From positions 525,588 to 561,532 of the forward strand of contig NMRA01000280.1 in the NCBI GenBank assembly GCA_002633005.1: a stretch of DNA of 35,945 nucleotides, in the 5' to 3' direction. Position 1 is the first letter of the stretch, and each line of letters opens with the position of its first letter. The notes under the pieces were generated by a model, which was given only the letters and a program-made list of their open reading frames with translations, was not told the DNA's origin and made no database searches. The stretch comes from Phoronis australis. Lineage: Eukaryota; Animalia; Phoronida. Positions 10,354 to 21,407 of this stretch are shown here, in pieces. A program made the position numbers and the translations under genes.

Positions 10354-10917
10354 CATAACGGCGACATCCCGTTGCTCCCAACTTGTTCGATTCTATTGCC
10401 CAACAACAAGTTGGGAAGTTTACCCCCGTGTATACAATATCTTACACGACTGATTAACTCCATTCTGGCATTTATGGTTGGAGGGCCTGCGCTCTTTTGT
10501 ACGATAATTGCTCTAATCTCCGATCAGATCGTATCTACACTGACTGGGCTGGGCTGATAAAAATGAAAGTTAAGTTATAACATATATGCGAACTTAAACC
10601 AATAGCATTTCTGAATTCCTCGTCAAATGCTGACCATGTTCCGTTTTTGAATCACCAAAATCGCTCAACTACAACAGAAGTTAAGATAATCTACTCTCTG
10701 TCCAAACGGACGCACTGGGTTTGACTGTCTTCATACACGTTCGGTAATAGCGTGCAACCACTTGACGTTTCCTTGAAAGCCTGGGAGATAATTGGCCTGC
10801 TTGTTATCATACGGGACAAAAGACTGAGCTGGGCAGTTAACAAAAGAGCCAGATGTTATCGCACGTTCAGCACCCCTCACGTCTGGAAAAGTTACTGAAC
10901 GACAGAACGCTGTAATG
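10354..10917 (-). mobile_element. Nested MITE copy 2, inverted relative to copy 1, apparent 1-bp TSD (C)
   Basis: Reverse-complement similarity to 9491-9992 along its length. Absent from the paralogous site at 25901-25920. Confidence 0.8.
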
Positions 10918-11000
10918 CTCTAGTATCAGTGTATTCCAGTTCGAAATGATAGCCTGTGAAACCTAACGATCCACCAGTGAAGTGTTCGTCGGATGAGTTT

Positions 11001-12781
11001 TGAGTCGTCTAAATCTGGATTGCGAGTTGCCATGTTGCCGTTTATTATTCTGCGTTCTGTTTCAAAATGAATTACTCTCACCCTATCCAATGCTTGCATA
11101 AAATTGAAACAAAGTCTGTCTCATTAGATACAATTTGTTTTGAGAAGCCAACAATGAACAAATCACTGCGTCTTGGTTACCGGCTTTTATAGATGTAATA
11201 AAGGTTATTGCTCGGGCACTGAGGCCGTGTGAGCGCATGCTAATTCAGTGTTTGCTGAGAGAAAGTTGTTGTGAAACAATAACTCAATTCCATATGCTAT
11301 TGTCACATGTTAGGGGAATCTTTATTTAGATATACATGTACAAATACATTATTCAAATCATAGTTACTGGCTGTACAACTTTTGCCCACACGGTTCTGTG
11401 GAAGGGAACCTGCCCTTAGCGGTCCGTAAGTAGATTTTCAGTTTCGTGGCTAATTTACCAAAATAATTACATGCACGTTACTTGTGTGGGTCACTATTAT
11501 AGTCTTTTCGTGACTGGAGGTTTAGTTTCCAACTTAAGCTGGTTTATGTTAGTGATGTCCAGTCGCGGCCGGCCTAACCGGGTTCCGAACCACTGGCTGG
11601 GATAACAAGCATTTTGTGTGTGAACTGAAAATAATCGCAAGTCTAAAAGTACAAGACACAGCTATTTCTCCTATCTGTTTTTTACGGAAAAAATGATGCT
11701 ATTTTTTTCACCAAAAAGACTCAAACTCCCGCGATCGACCATAGTAAATTGGCCTACCAATTTCTCAGTGTAAGCTACGGTACGTTCAAATACCTTTAAA
11801 TCCGTAACAGTGAAATAAAGCAATCCGTTTGTTCAAGAACTCGACGTATCTGTAAGGGTTTTAAATAGAATTTTGATGATTTATTGGTGTAANTGAGTCG
11901 TCTAAATCTGGATTGCGAGTTGCCATGTTGCCGTTTATTATTCTGCGTTCTGTTTCAAAATGAATTACTCTCACCCTATCCAATGCTTGCATAAAATTGA
12001 AACAAAGTCTGTCTCATTAGATACAATTTGTTTTGAGAAGCCAACAATGAACAAATCACTGCGTCTTGGTTACCGGCTTTTATAGATGTAATAAAGGTAA
12101 TTGCGCGGGCACTGAGGCCGTGTGAGCGCATGCTAATTCAGTGTTTGCTGAGAGAAAGTTGTTGTGAAACAATAACTCAATTTTATATGCTATTGTCACA
12201 TGTTAGGGGAATCTTTATTCAGATATACATGTACAAATACATTATTCAAATCATAGTTACTGGCTGTACAACTTTTGCCCACACGGTTCTGTGGAAGGGA
12301 ACCTGCCCTTAGCGGTCCGTAAGTAGATTTTCAGTTTCGTGGCTAATTTGCCAAAATAATTACATGCACGTTACTTGTGTGGGTCACTATTATAGTCTTT
12401 TCGTGACTGGAGGTTTAGTTTCCAACTTAAGATGGTTTATGTTAGTGATGTCCAGTCGCGGCCGGCCTGACCGGGTTCCGAACCACTGGCTGGGATAACA
12501 AGCATGTGTGTGAACTGAAAATAATCGCAAGTCTAAAAGTACAAGACACAGCTATTTCTCCTATCTGTTTTTTACGGAAAAATGATTCTATTTTTTTCAC
12601 CAAAAAGACTCCAACTCCCGCGATCGACCATAGTAAATTGGCCTACCAGTTTCTCAGTGTAGGCTACGGTACGTTCAAATACCTATAAATCCGTAACAGT
12701 GAAATAAAGCAATCCGTTTGTTCAAGAACTCGACGTATCTGTAAGGGTTTTAAATAGAATTTTGATGATTTATTGGTGTAA
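11001..12781. other. About 890-bp tandem duplication across N 11893, probable haplotype/assembly overlap
   Basis: 11001-11892 and 11894-12781 are nearly identical, with a few SNPs and a small indel. Confidence 0.8.
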
Positions 12782-13309
12782 AAGGATGAATTCAAGCGAT
12801 AAGATGACACCAGTAAGCGTGTCGTGAAGGACTGAACTGACTGTGTTAGAAACAATTACGTCATTGGTTAATTTCAACACCTCCGTCTGCCGTCAGGTGT
12901 CAGGTAAAACAACTGAACTTGCTGTTATCGAGTGGAACTACTCGATCCAAATTGATACAAGGTAGGTTGTTTTTGGGTGGCATTCTCCTTTAATTTAATT
13001 CACCTTTGCATCGTTACGCAATGCGACAATAATCTGACAACCTATTACGCAACTGAAACTCTAGCCTAAAAATAGCAGCCTACCACCTTAAAGTGTAGTT
13101 TGCAAGGTCCAAGTGTGTTAAATTGCAATAATATCTTCAAGTTATTGCTATTTGGATGTATTTCATTCAAATTATCGTATAATTGTATCTTTATTTATTA
13201 AAAACGAAAGTGAAAAGGCGAAAAGTTGACATTTGACACCGCAACATGGTGTTGGGGAACGCAAACTAGATCATCTCCTATAATGCAGTTTATCGCCATT
13301 ATATCACAG

Positions 13310-13537
13310 TGCACGACGAACAAAGTCCGTTCAATCTTTTGCAGCCATTCATTTTCCGAAACATCACGATTGATGCATACAGGTTTAAAACTCCCATGCT
13401 CCACAAAACATTTTTTCTTACACATGTCTAAGTTGTCACGCTTCATTTCGTCATCAAGTTTTGCAACAACCTTGTTGACCTCTCGACAGCATACTTTTTC
13501 AACAACTGGGGTTGTCTGAAAGTTGTCACAGGTGCAC
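13310..13537 (-). pseudogene. KolX / P2X7 C-terminal-like Cys-rich domain, exon 2 (3' boundary approximate)
   Basis: ttgcag|G TGC ACC TGT gives (W)CTCDNFQTTPVVEKVCCREV...CFVEHGSFKPVCINRDVSENEW. This fits the WCxCxxC..E..CC..C...H..F..VC.N pattern with the third Cys lost. Confidence 0.75.
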
Positions 13538-14836
13538 CTGCAAGATGCCTACATTACTTCAGTAAGTGTCAAAATTTCGAATTGAAAAATTTACTAAGAA
13601 TGCCTCGGCCAAATTTAATTGCGGGGGCTGCATACGACTTCAGTTTTCAAGAAAATTGATTGTTCAAAGTAAACCCCACTTGAGAAGCAACCTGTTTATA
13701 ACAATCAAATGTTTCTAAAAAGAAACTTTGGACCATCACAACCTATTTATTTTTCAAATTGATCATATATAGTACATATATTGACTTTTTATACAAATGA
13801 ACAGTGCCACACCCAAGGCAGTGATAGATCATGCCCGGGGGACATCGTAATGGACATTAATTGTTTGATTTTTAGCTGACCATAAGGCCCTGAATCATTG
13901 ATGGAGGGGACTGTTTTGTAAGTAGTCGTGAGACCTGTTCTCCCAATCTAAAAGCTATTGGCACCCATATACCATTAATCAAACTAGACAATGCCAATGG
14001 GGCTGACCAACTTGAAAAGCAGTGTTGCCACTCAAAGGGTCGCCCATGCTCTAAATATTCCAGTAAACATTTCTTAAAACTTCTCCATATGCTATATGGG
14101 CAACCACCAATCCAATGAGATGCCCTCTAAACTCTAAAGAAACTTTACCAGGCGGTTCCTACCCAAGTCGGCTCGTGCCCACGCCATGTACCATATTTTA
14201 TGTATAAATAATGGCAATGTACGTAGACATGAAATTGTGGTTTCCATTTCAAGCATCTCCATCGCCTTACAAAATAAAACTGTTTTGGAACACATGTGTA
14301 CATTGATATGGGTCCGAGTAGACTTGGTTCTTGAGTACGAAAATGAAGTGACCTGTCCTTTAACCTATACAATTACCCCCCCCCTCCCAGCCCCGAGATG
14401 AGAAAGTCGTCTAAATTATAAAATTGAGATTCTCTCATGCCCTTCTTTACACTTCACAGTCGATTATTCCAAAGTAGCTCTCATTCATTCCCTTGCATAC
14501 ATGTATTCACTCACTAGTAACACCGAGCTCAATCTCAGAGAAGCAGGAGACAATTTTGTGCAATGATCAACTGTCTGCCAGTGAAAGACAGGATTCTCAA
14601 GAGCTTAAACCACTGAGCCACTCTGTCTCAAAATAATCAGAGACCAAACAAGTTTTGAGTGATTTGCTAAAATGCAAAATCCTACAAAATCCTATTTTTA
14701 TCACTGAAACTGGTATTTATCCACGGCTGAAACACGATTCACCAGTGGGGTGAACGGTAAATCACCAACAGAATTTTGAATTAAAAAAACAAGTAATTAT
14801 TCGCGGTTGTAGGATACATATTAATAATATTCTTAC

Positions 14837-15127
14837 CAGTCACTAACATCCAATCGCAACTCCTGCGCACCTTCTGCCCTTGGATGTTCACTGGACGAAC
14901 GGTCTGGGGCTGAGTCTTTGACAACCGGAGCAAGGACCGTGAAAGGGATCGAGGGAGAATGGCTCCACTACAGAAAAACTGTGAACAAATTGTTCCTATG
15001 GGATCTGTCACCTCCTCCTCTACGCCCGAAAGATCGGAATCATCTGAAAAGTCCACCTGTCTGTCTCTGTATCTTTCAAAGTATTCCTCATCTACATGTA
15101 CGCTGCTATACTCACTTGGACACACAT
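14837..15127 (-). pseudogene. KolX-like exon 1: acidic N-terminus, frameshifted
   Basis: DFSDDSDLSGVEEE, VEPFSLDP and ...ELRLDVSDW lie in different frames. The phase-2 donor TG|GTAAG matches the acceptor at 13537. Confidence 0.6.
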
Positions 15128-15378
15128 TGTTTCCGTTGTGTTCCCGTACACCACGTCACAGACGTGTAACGAACGAAAATGGCGCCGTTTCTAATTTCCG
15201 TTACAATTGCGTTACAACACCACGGCACTAAATATGTAAATAACTTTATATAGCGACGTGCAATTCAGTTAATGTTAAGAATATAGCAATTATAATTATA
15301 ATGATAAACAAGAATTTAGACCATTTATTATTGTTGTTCAGATTGGTTTGGACCTTGCAATTTCCTCTTTAAAATGTG

Positions 15379-15537
15379 GGTCGGCTGACGGCCGGCCGGC
15401 AATCAAGAATCGGGGGGAGTCGCCTTACGAGTCGGCAGTGCGGTCGGCTAATGGTCGCCTAACTGAATTAGCCGACCGGTCGGCTATTTTGTCGGCTGAT
15501 CGACGACCTGGGTGGAGCCCTAGCCGACCGGTCGGAC
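15379..15537. repeat. GC-rich patch of GTCGGC/GCCGAC subrepeats and palindromes, likely a transposon subterminal fragment
   Basis: AGCCGACCGGTCGG occurs twice, with several further GTCGGC motifs. Confidence 0.45.
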
Positions 15538-16938
15538 AAACTGAATTCGCGTATGTGCTGTAGGCTACATCTATTCACAAGTGTGATTATCGCAAACGCG
15601 CTATCAAAATTGTAAGCTATTTGGTTGGCTTCTCAGTAGTCGTTTCCCCTGGACGGTGTTCAGCATCTGCATCGTCTTTGTGTACCTGGTTGACAGGGCC
15701 TGAGTTGACAAGTTCCACAGACTGCACCCAGGGAGCACTCGGGCAGCTCTCCTCCGGAAAAGCCAAAAACAAAGTTTTCAGTTGATTGCTGTCAACTTTT
15801 TTGTCATCGGGATGGCGAGGATCGTTAGAATCTCTCTCAAATTCTGAGAAACACTCTTTCCATGCTGAGGTGCATAGACACTTATGGAAGATAACGGTAA
15901 TGGGCTTCGCTTTCAGTGACGAGCCCGCTTATGTGCTCATAGATACACAGCGAGTTCAGTATTAGACGACTGAACAGCTAATTGGCTAAAAAATACCACT
16001 ACTTTCTCAAAATATTGGGTATCAGAAGCTTAGTAAGGTTAAGCCAAACCTTAAAAAATGACCAAATTCGACTTACTTTGGAACACTGTATATCGGAAAT
16101 GGCTGATTAGAATCACTTGAAACATTCAAGCCTGATGCGTCTTGCAATGTTCTCCAATAAATTGTTAGGAATACATCTTAATATACTCCACTTTTGTCTG
16201 AGAAGCTATCAAAAATTAAGACTTTCGTGTTTTTACGAAAAAGCTTAAACGTTGGTAAAACAAAATCGACGATCAGGGTTTTTGAGATTTAAGAGTGATG
16301 CGTATAAAAATCAACAGGTCGAGTCTATACACAAAATCACAGATTTTTTGAGATTTAACACATCAGTTTGGTTTGGTGAGATGTAAAAAAATCTCGTTTT
16401 CCAAGAATTTTCATCCATAATTTCTCTTTTTATTACCCGTATCTCCATTTTGCAACAAAATTGGGCGCCGAAGTAGATATATTTGAATGCATTTTACTAC
16501 CATGAATAGTAAGTTGACAACAAATGAGTTATACTGTTTGAAAGGACTATATTTGAATAATGCAATAGCAGAACTTTCAAAATTCATTTTCAAATATGTA
16601 TGCTTTGATTTTGTGGAACAAAAACGGATATTTTGAAGGTTTTTATTGAAGCCATTTTCCGCAAATTTTGGCACTCTGAAGTAGCCATATTGCATCTTTC
16701 CAAACCATGATCTTATAATATTCTTTCAATCATTCTTAACCTGTTCACAATCTAAAATAGTAGTTTTTGTTTAGAAGCATTACATGAATTGCACTTGGTC
16801 CTATTTGCCTGTACTCAATAGCCTCAACCGCCTATAGAGGGTTCTTGGAAAATGAAATTGGCTTGTAAAAACACGAGGTACATTGTAGCTTGGATCTTAG
16901 AGATTAAGCAGACAGCATTTACCAATTACCATTCCCTG

Positions 16939-17078
16939 TGTAGAATTAAGATAAAAGACTTATTAATAAATATATTCCACTAATATTCAATTACAAACAT
17001 AACATTCAAAATCAGAGAGCGTTCTGCTATAACGCGTCATCATGAACGTGCATGATGTTAAATATCGCGTATGCGACA
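16939..17078 (-). repeat. 3' LTR, 140 bp, TG...CA
   Basis: Starts TGTCGCAT directly after the PPT and ends TTCTACA. Its last roughly 33 bp match 20537-20570. Confidence 0.8.
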
Positions 17079-17089
17079 CCTCCCCTCTT
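17079..17089 (-). other. Polypurine tract
   Basis: AAGAGGGGAGG immediately before the LTR TG. Confidence 0.8.
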
Positions 17090-17159
17090 AACAAAACAAG
17101 AACTAGAGAACTAACGGACTACAACGGTATACAAAACGTCCAAGAGTCTCTAACTAAGT

Positions 17160-19870
17160 AGAACAAAATCGTTGAAATGCTCAGGGAGTCTAATCTCTCG
17201 CCTAGGACGGGCTGAGGGTTCAACAAGAGGTATGACTTTGTTGTCGCGATTATCAAGTGCTCTAACGGTGTCCCACGTCCCCCTCTGCGGGGTGCTGTAA
17301 CGGAACATCTGCTGAAGGTTTAGCAACAGGCACAGCTTTATTGTCGCGGTTTCTAGATGCTCTAGTCCTTTCCCTCGGCTCCTCTAAGGGATTTTGTAAC
17401 GGGACATCTGACACTGGCTTTATGTGCACCCTATTTTTTGGTATTCTTCTCCAGTCTGACTGTCCATGGACCGTGTATGACTTTAATTTCCCCGTCCACA
17501 AATGTCACAACCCCGCGTGACCACTTTTTAGGCCGATCTGAGGGGTTTTTGAGGAATGGCACGGGTTGGCTTTCCTCTAACGGACAGGGATAGCTTCTCG
17601 ACTTGTTCTTCGCGTCAGCATATAGGACTGACCAGCCTGTTCAGACTGTATCCGTCATGTACACGGGAATGCATGGCAAGTCTGTTTTGACTTTCCTGTG
17701 GAACATCAGCTCAAACGGGGAAGGGATGCCCTGGCTGATCGGGGTATCTCGTATTATCAAAAGAATATCGTCTATTGCCAAGTCGTCATTTTCTGACTTT
17801 TCCTTGACTAATTTTATCTTTCCCAACGTTCTCTCGCATCTACCATTCTGCCACTGGGAGTGGGGTGTAGCAGGCATTTGGGTTATGTTATACTGCATAC
17901 TCATTTCCTGGAACATTTCACTCATAGACTGCGTGCCTTGGTCACTAGCAATCTTTGTTGGATATCCGAACTCATTGTATGTCTCTTTTACGTGCTTCAC
18001 GATGCTGGCTGCTTCTTGAGTTTTCAAGTGCCTTATCCAAGTAAAACCTGTGTGATAGTCGACAATGCACGAATATGTCTTCTGCTTGTGATGGAAAACA
18101 TCCAGTCCTAAGATCTGCATGGGCATGGTAGTGGTAACGAGGATGACTGTATTGGCTTTTTGCTTTGGTTGATTTTCCAGACATTCTGGGCAAGTAAAGA
18201 TCATTTGCTTGATCTGTTCCGTCATACCAGGCCAGAAGAACTTTTCTCGGGCTCTCTCCTTGATGTGCTCGATGAAGCCTCTTCAAGAGGTATCCTCTCA
18301 TTATTTGGGGAATAACCATCCTGCATCCTCGGATTAAAACCCCATTCAGCCATGCTAAATCATGTCTGTAATTCCAGTAAGCCATGGTTTGGTCTGGCAT
18401 TTGGTTCTCATGCTCAGGCCACCCTTTTTCAACAAATGGCAACAATGCCATCAAACCTGGGTCTTTTGGAAGTTTCAGCTCGGATCTTTTGAATGTCTGA
18501 TCCAGTCGTAGTGTTCACCTCAAGAATTCCAATGGTTGTGATATCTGGTAAAACTGGCGCTTGCTTGGGTCTAAGCGGAACACACCTTGACAAACAATCT
18601 GGGACATGCTCCTCACTACCTTTCTTATAAACAACTTCCATCCCATAGCCTTGAAGCATTCGGACCATACGTTGCAGCCGTGGGGGTATGTTATGAATGT
18701 CTTTCTTGAAGATAGCTTGTAACGGATGGTGATCTGTGTGGACTGTAAACTTTTGTCCGTAGACATACTGCTTGTAATGCAAGACCGCCCACACTACGCT
18801 CAGCAGCTCTCTCTCTGTATTCAAATACCTGGTGTCCGCATCGGCCTGGCTTCTTGGTGCAAAATTAATTGGCCTGCCCCATTGACTCAAACAAGGCCCC
18901 AATCCCTTTAGTGAGGCATCACACTCAATTGTTATCTCTTTAGCTGGATCAAAATTCCGGAGGGTCGCCGCTTTAAGGACACATTCCTTCAAGCTATTCA
19001 GCATCTGTGTGTGTCCAAGCGAAATCGTTGTCTTTTTTCAACAGTCGTCTTAGCTCATAAGTCTTAGCAGACAAGTTAAGGATAAATTTACCAAGGTACG
19101 TAAAGCACCCCAGTAAGGACTGTAATTCAAGCTTGTTGTCAGGGGGTGCTATTCTCCCAAAAGCATCCAACTTTTTAGAATCTGGCTTAACGCCTTCTGG
19201 TACGTGGCCAAAGTAACGAATCTCTGCCGGAAGTATCTTTGCTTTCTTCGGATTCAATCTGAATCCTGACTCTCTGCAGCGCTGAATGACGTGATTTAGG
19301 GCAATATCATGATCACTTCTCGTCTCTGCTGCAATCAAGATATCATCTGCGATGCAGTAAATATTCTCCAATCTCCAAAGGTGTCGTCAATGGCGCGTTG
19401 GAAGACATCTTGTGAGCTATTAAGCCCAAAGGGCAATCGCTGATAGCTGTATCTGCCAAAGGGACTGTTAATGTAAGCAAGGGAAAACTCTGTGGATGAA
19501 TTTCAAAATTCCAGTATCCACATGACTGATTTAGTACCGAGAAATACCTACAACCATTTAGCTGCTTTATTACTTCCTCCAAGGTAGGAGTGTAATGGTG
19601 GGGTCTTTTCACAGCCCTGTTTAACGGTTTAGGATCAAGACACACCCTTAGCTAGCCGTTCGGTTTTGGGGTACACACTAGGCTGTTTACCCAGGGCGTG
19701 GCTTCCTGTTGCTTCTTGATAATTCCAAGCTCTTCCATACGGTTGAGTTCAATCAGAAGCTGTTTTTTGACAGCAGGTGGTACTCTTCTTGGAGGTCATA
19801 CCACTGGTGGGACATTATCATCTGAATTTTATACTTATAGTTCTTCAGTTTCCCAGCTCCTGTCAAATCA
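17160..19870 (-). pseudogene. pol: Gypsy pol: RT, RNase H and integrase, frameshifted
   Basis: CLDPKPLN, CIADDILI, ECDASLKGLG, YLNTERELLSVVWA, TDHHPL, LHRAHQG...CPEC, IVDYHT, SDQGTQ, NGRCERT, SPFELMFHR. Confidence 0.92.
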
Positions 19871-20067
19871 TCCTTGGCGTCTTCAATAACCTGCTTTGTG
19901 GAGATAACTCTGATCTGCCCATCACGTTTGACACAATTCTCTTTTCCTGACTTCACTTCACTCATGTCAAAGTCACCGTGCCAATCTTTGCAAGCACAGG
20001 GCTCATCGCAAAGTATTTTCACTATAGTTAATATATAGACGCTAAGGTTGGCCAGTAATGGAATATG

Positions 20068-20451
20068 TCAAATAAACACAGTAAAATCAGGAACCCCCAA
20101 CTGGGAATCGAACCACAGTTCTCTAGATTGGTGATGCATTCCACGATCCTTCTGTGACTTCCTTCTTGGCACAAATGCCATCGAAAAACGTCCACAGAAG
20201 GTTATTTTCTCGTTATCATTACCATCAAAGAGGTGATTTGCATGTTTCACAGATGCTTTTGGACCCATCCACATTAACACCTTATCGACTTGGTATTTTT
20301 CTTTGTAACAATTCAGAATTTTCTGTGTCAGTGTTTTTAACCGAATGTATTCGTAATGTAGTTTTTTACTAGAAAATTCAAGTTGTTTCGGTTTTTCTAC
20401 ACCGTGTAAACGAGCCTTTCCTGTGGCTTCTATTTTGTCTCTCGAGGTCAT
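20068..20451 (-). pseudogene. gag: Probable gag N-terminal remnant
   Basis: First ORF after the PBS. The call is mainly positional. Confidence 0.45.
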
Positions 20452-20518
20452 TTTGTTCGTTTAAGCTTACCGTTAAATTTACAACTGTCTTTAAGTTCAA
20501 AAAACTTGCTGCTGATCC

Positions 20519-20536
20519 ATCACGTCGAGGTCACCA
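20519..20536 (-). other. Primer binding site, tRNA-Trp
   Basis: TGGTGACCTCGACGTGAT is complementary, with 1 mismatch, to the recalled animal tRNA-Trp 3' end ATCACGTCGGGGTCACCA. It abuts the LTR. Confidence 0.8.
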
Positions 20537-20570
20537 GGCAGAATTGATATAAAAGACATATTAATAAATT
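20537..20570 (-). repeat. 5' LTR remnant (3' end only)
   Basis: GGCAGAATTGATATAAAAGACATATTAATAAAT versus TGTAGAATTAAGATAAAAGACTTATTAATAAAT at 16939. Confidence 0.7.
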
Positions 20571-20579
20571 TACATGTAT

Positions 20580-21407
20580 ATAGATTATTACCTGTCCTCA
20601 GTCGTTATCCCCCGTATTATTGAGCCCTCGTGGATTTTAGAGAATTATCGCCCGAGTGGCGTCAGCGATAATTCTCCAAAATCCACGAGGGCTCTAGATA
20701 AGGGGGATAACGCCTGAGAACATGTAATAATCTATTCATACCACATACTAAGCGAAAAAACATTGCAATGAATCGACCTACCTTTCTATGTTAGAGGCCC
20801 GGGGTCGGAGGTCGTGACCTTTTAAGAAAAGTCGAGCTATTTTTGTCAAATAGTGCTTTTACTCAAAACCAATTAAAAATTTAAACAAAATAGAAATGAA
20901 GTGAATCTATAAATTAAGGTTTAGCAACTATTATAGCTTACTACACATTTCATCACGCCAAGCTTCGACCGGGAAAATATCGTCTGCTAAGTAGGTTACC
21001 ACTAGTAACTGACTATAATGCTCAAGTCAAAGGATCCCGACCACACGATACCTGCATTCAAATTGGAGATCGGTGATTTACAAGTGAGGGAACACGAGAG
21101 AAAAATTTCACTGAATTAAAATATCGTTTTTATGGAAATTATGCGTCATATTTTTCATAGCGTATAATTGTCGGTGCAATGCCCTTTGCTGAACATGCGA
21201 TTGTTGCGCGTGCTCATTTAAGTATTCTATTTTCACGTTCGATGACGTCAGCCGCTGAGTGGTGTAGTGGTAAAGTCGGCGACTCGAAACTCCGGGTTCG
21301 AATCCGGCCTCGGTTTCCCGCCAAAATGTTATCTCACTAGTGAGATAACTTTATGGGTTATTACACGATTGTAGCTCTCATTGGAGGCTAATATTGTGGT
21401 ATAAATA
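20580..21407. mobile_element. Second hairpin-ended non-autonomous element, Crypton-like
   Basis: About 70-bp-arm palindrome at 20580-20735. TATTCATACCAC (20733-20744) is inverted as GTGGTATAAATA at 21396-21407. Confidence 0.6.
21250..21314 (+). repeat. tRNA-derived segment inside the Crypton-like element
   Basis: A box TGGTGTAGTGG and B box GGTTCGAATCC with a CCGG T-stem. Anticodon arm degenerate. Confidence 0.6.

Larger units (their letters stand above)
9431..12989 (+). mobile_element. Kolobok-like family A, both ends present, non-autonomous
   Basis: TTAA|AGGAGAGTGCCACCC ... GGGTGGCATTCTCCT|TTAA. Internal THAP remnant. Length is inflated by two nested MITEs and the duplication at N 11893. 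Confidence 0.85.
13092..15368 (-). mobile_element. Kolobok-like family B, non-autonomous, carrying a KolX-like relic
   Basis: TTAA|AGTGTAGTTTGCAAGGTCCAA ... TTGGACCTTGCAATTTCCTCT|TTAA, with TTAA at 13088-13091 and 15369-15372. Confidence 0.75.
16939..20570 (-). mobile_element. Decayed, internally deleted Ty3/Gypsy LTR retrotransposon (Mag-like)
   Basis: RT-RNaseH-integrase order, PBS, PPT, a full 3' LTR and a partial 5' LTR. Many frameshifts and stops. No protease motif found. Confidence 0.92.

Noticed and set aside
9689-10463. Paralogous small proteins sharing ELISRVRY
   Set aside because: The similarity comes from the two inverted MITE copies.
10081-10557. Intact 158-aa THAP protein with a hydrophobic tail
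   Set aside because: The conserved Trp is missing and everything after 10353 is read-through into a MITE.
21250-21314. Functional tRNA gene (also 2521-2586 and about 32975-33035)
   Set aside because: A and B boxes are present but there is no proper anticodon arm or full acceptor stem, and all lie inside repeats.
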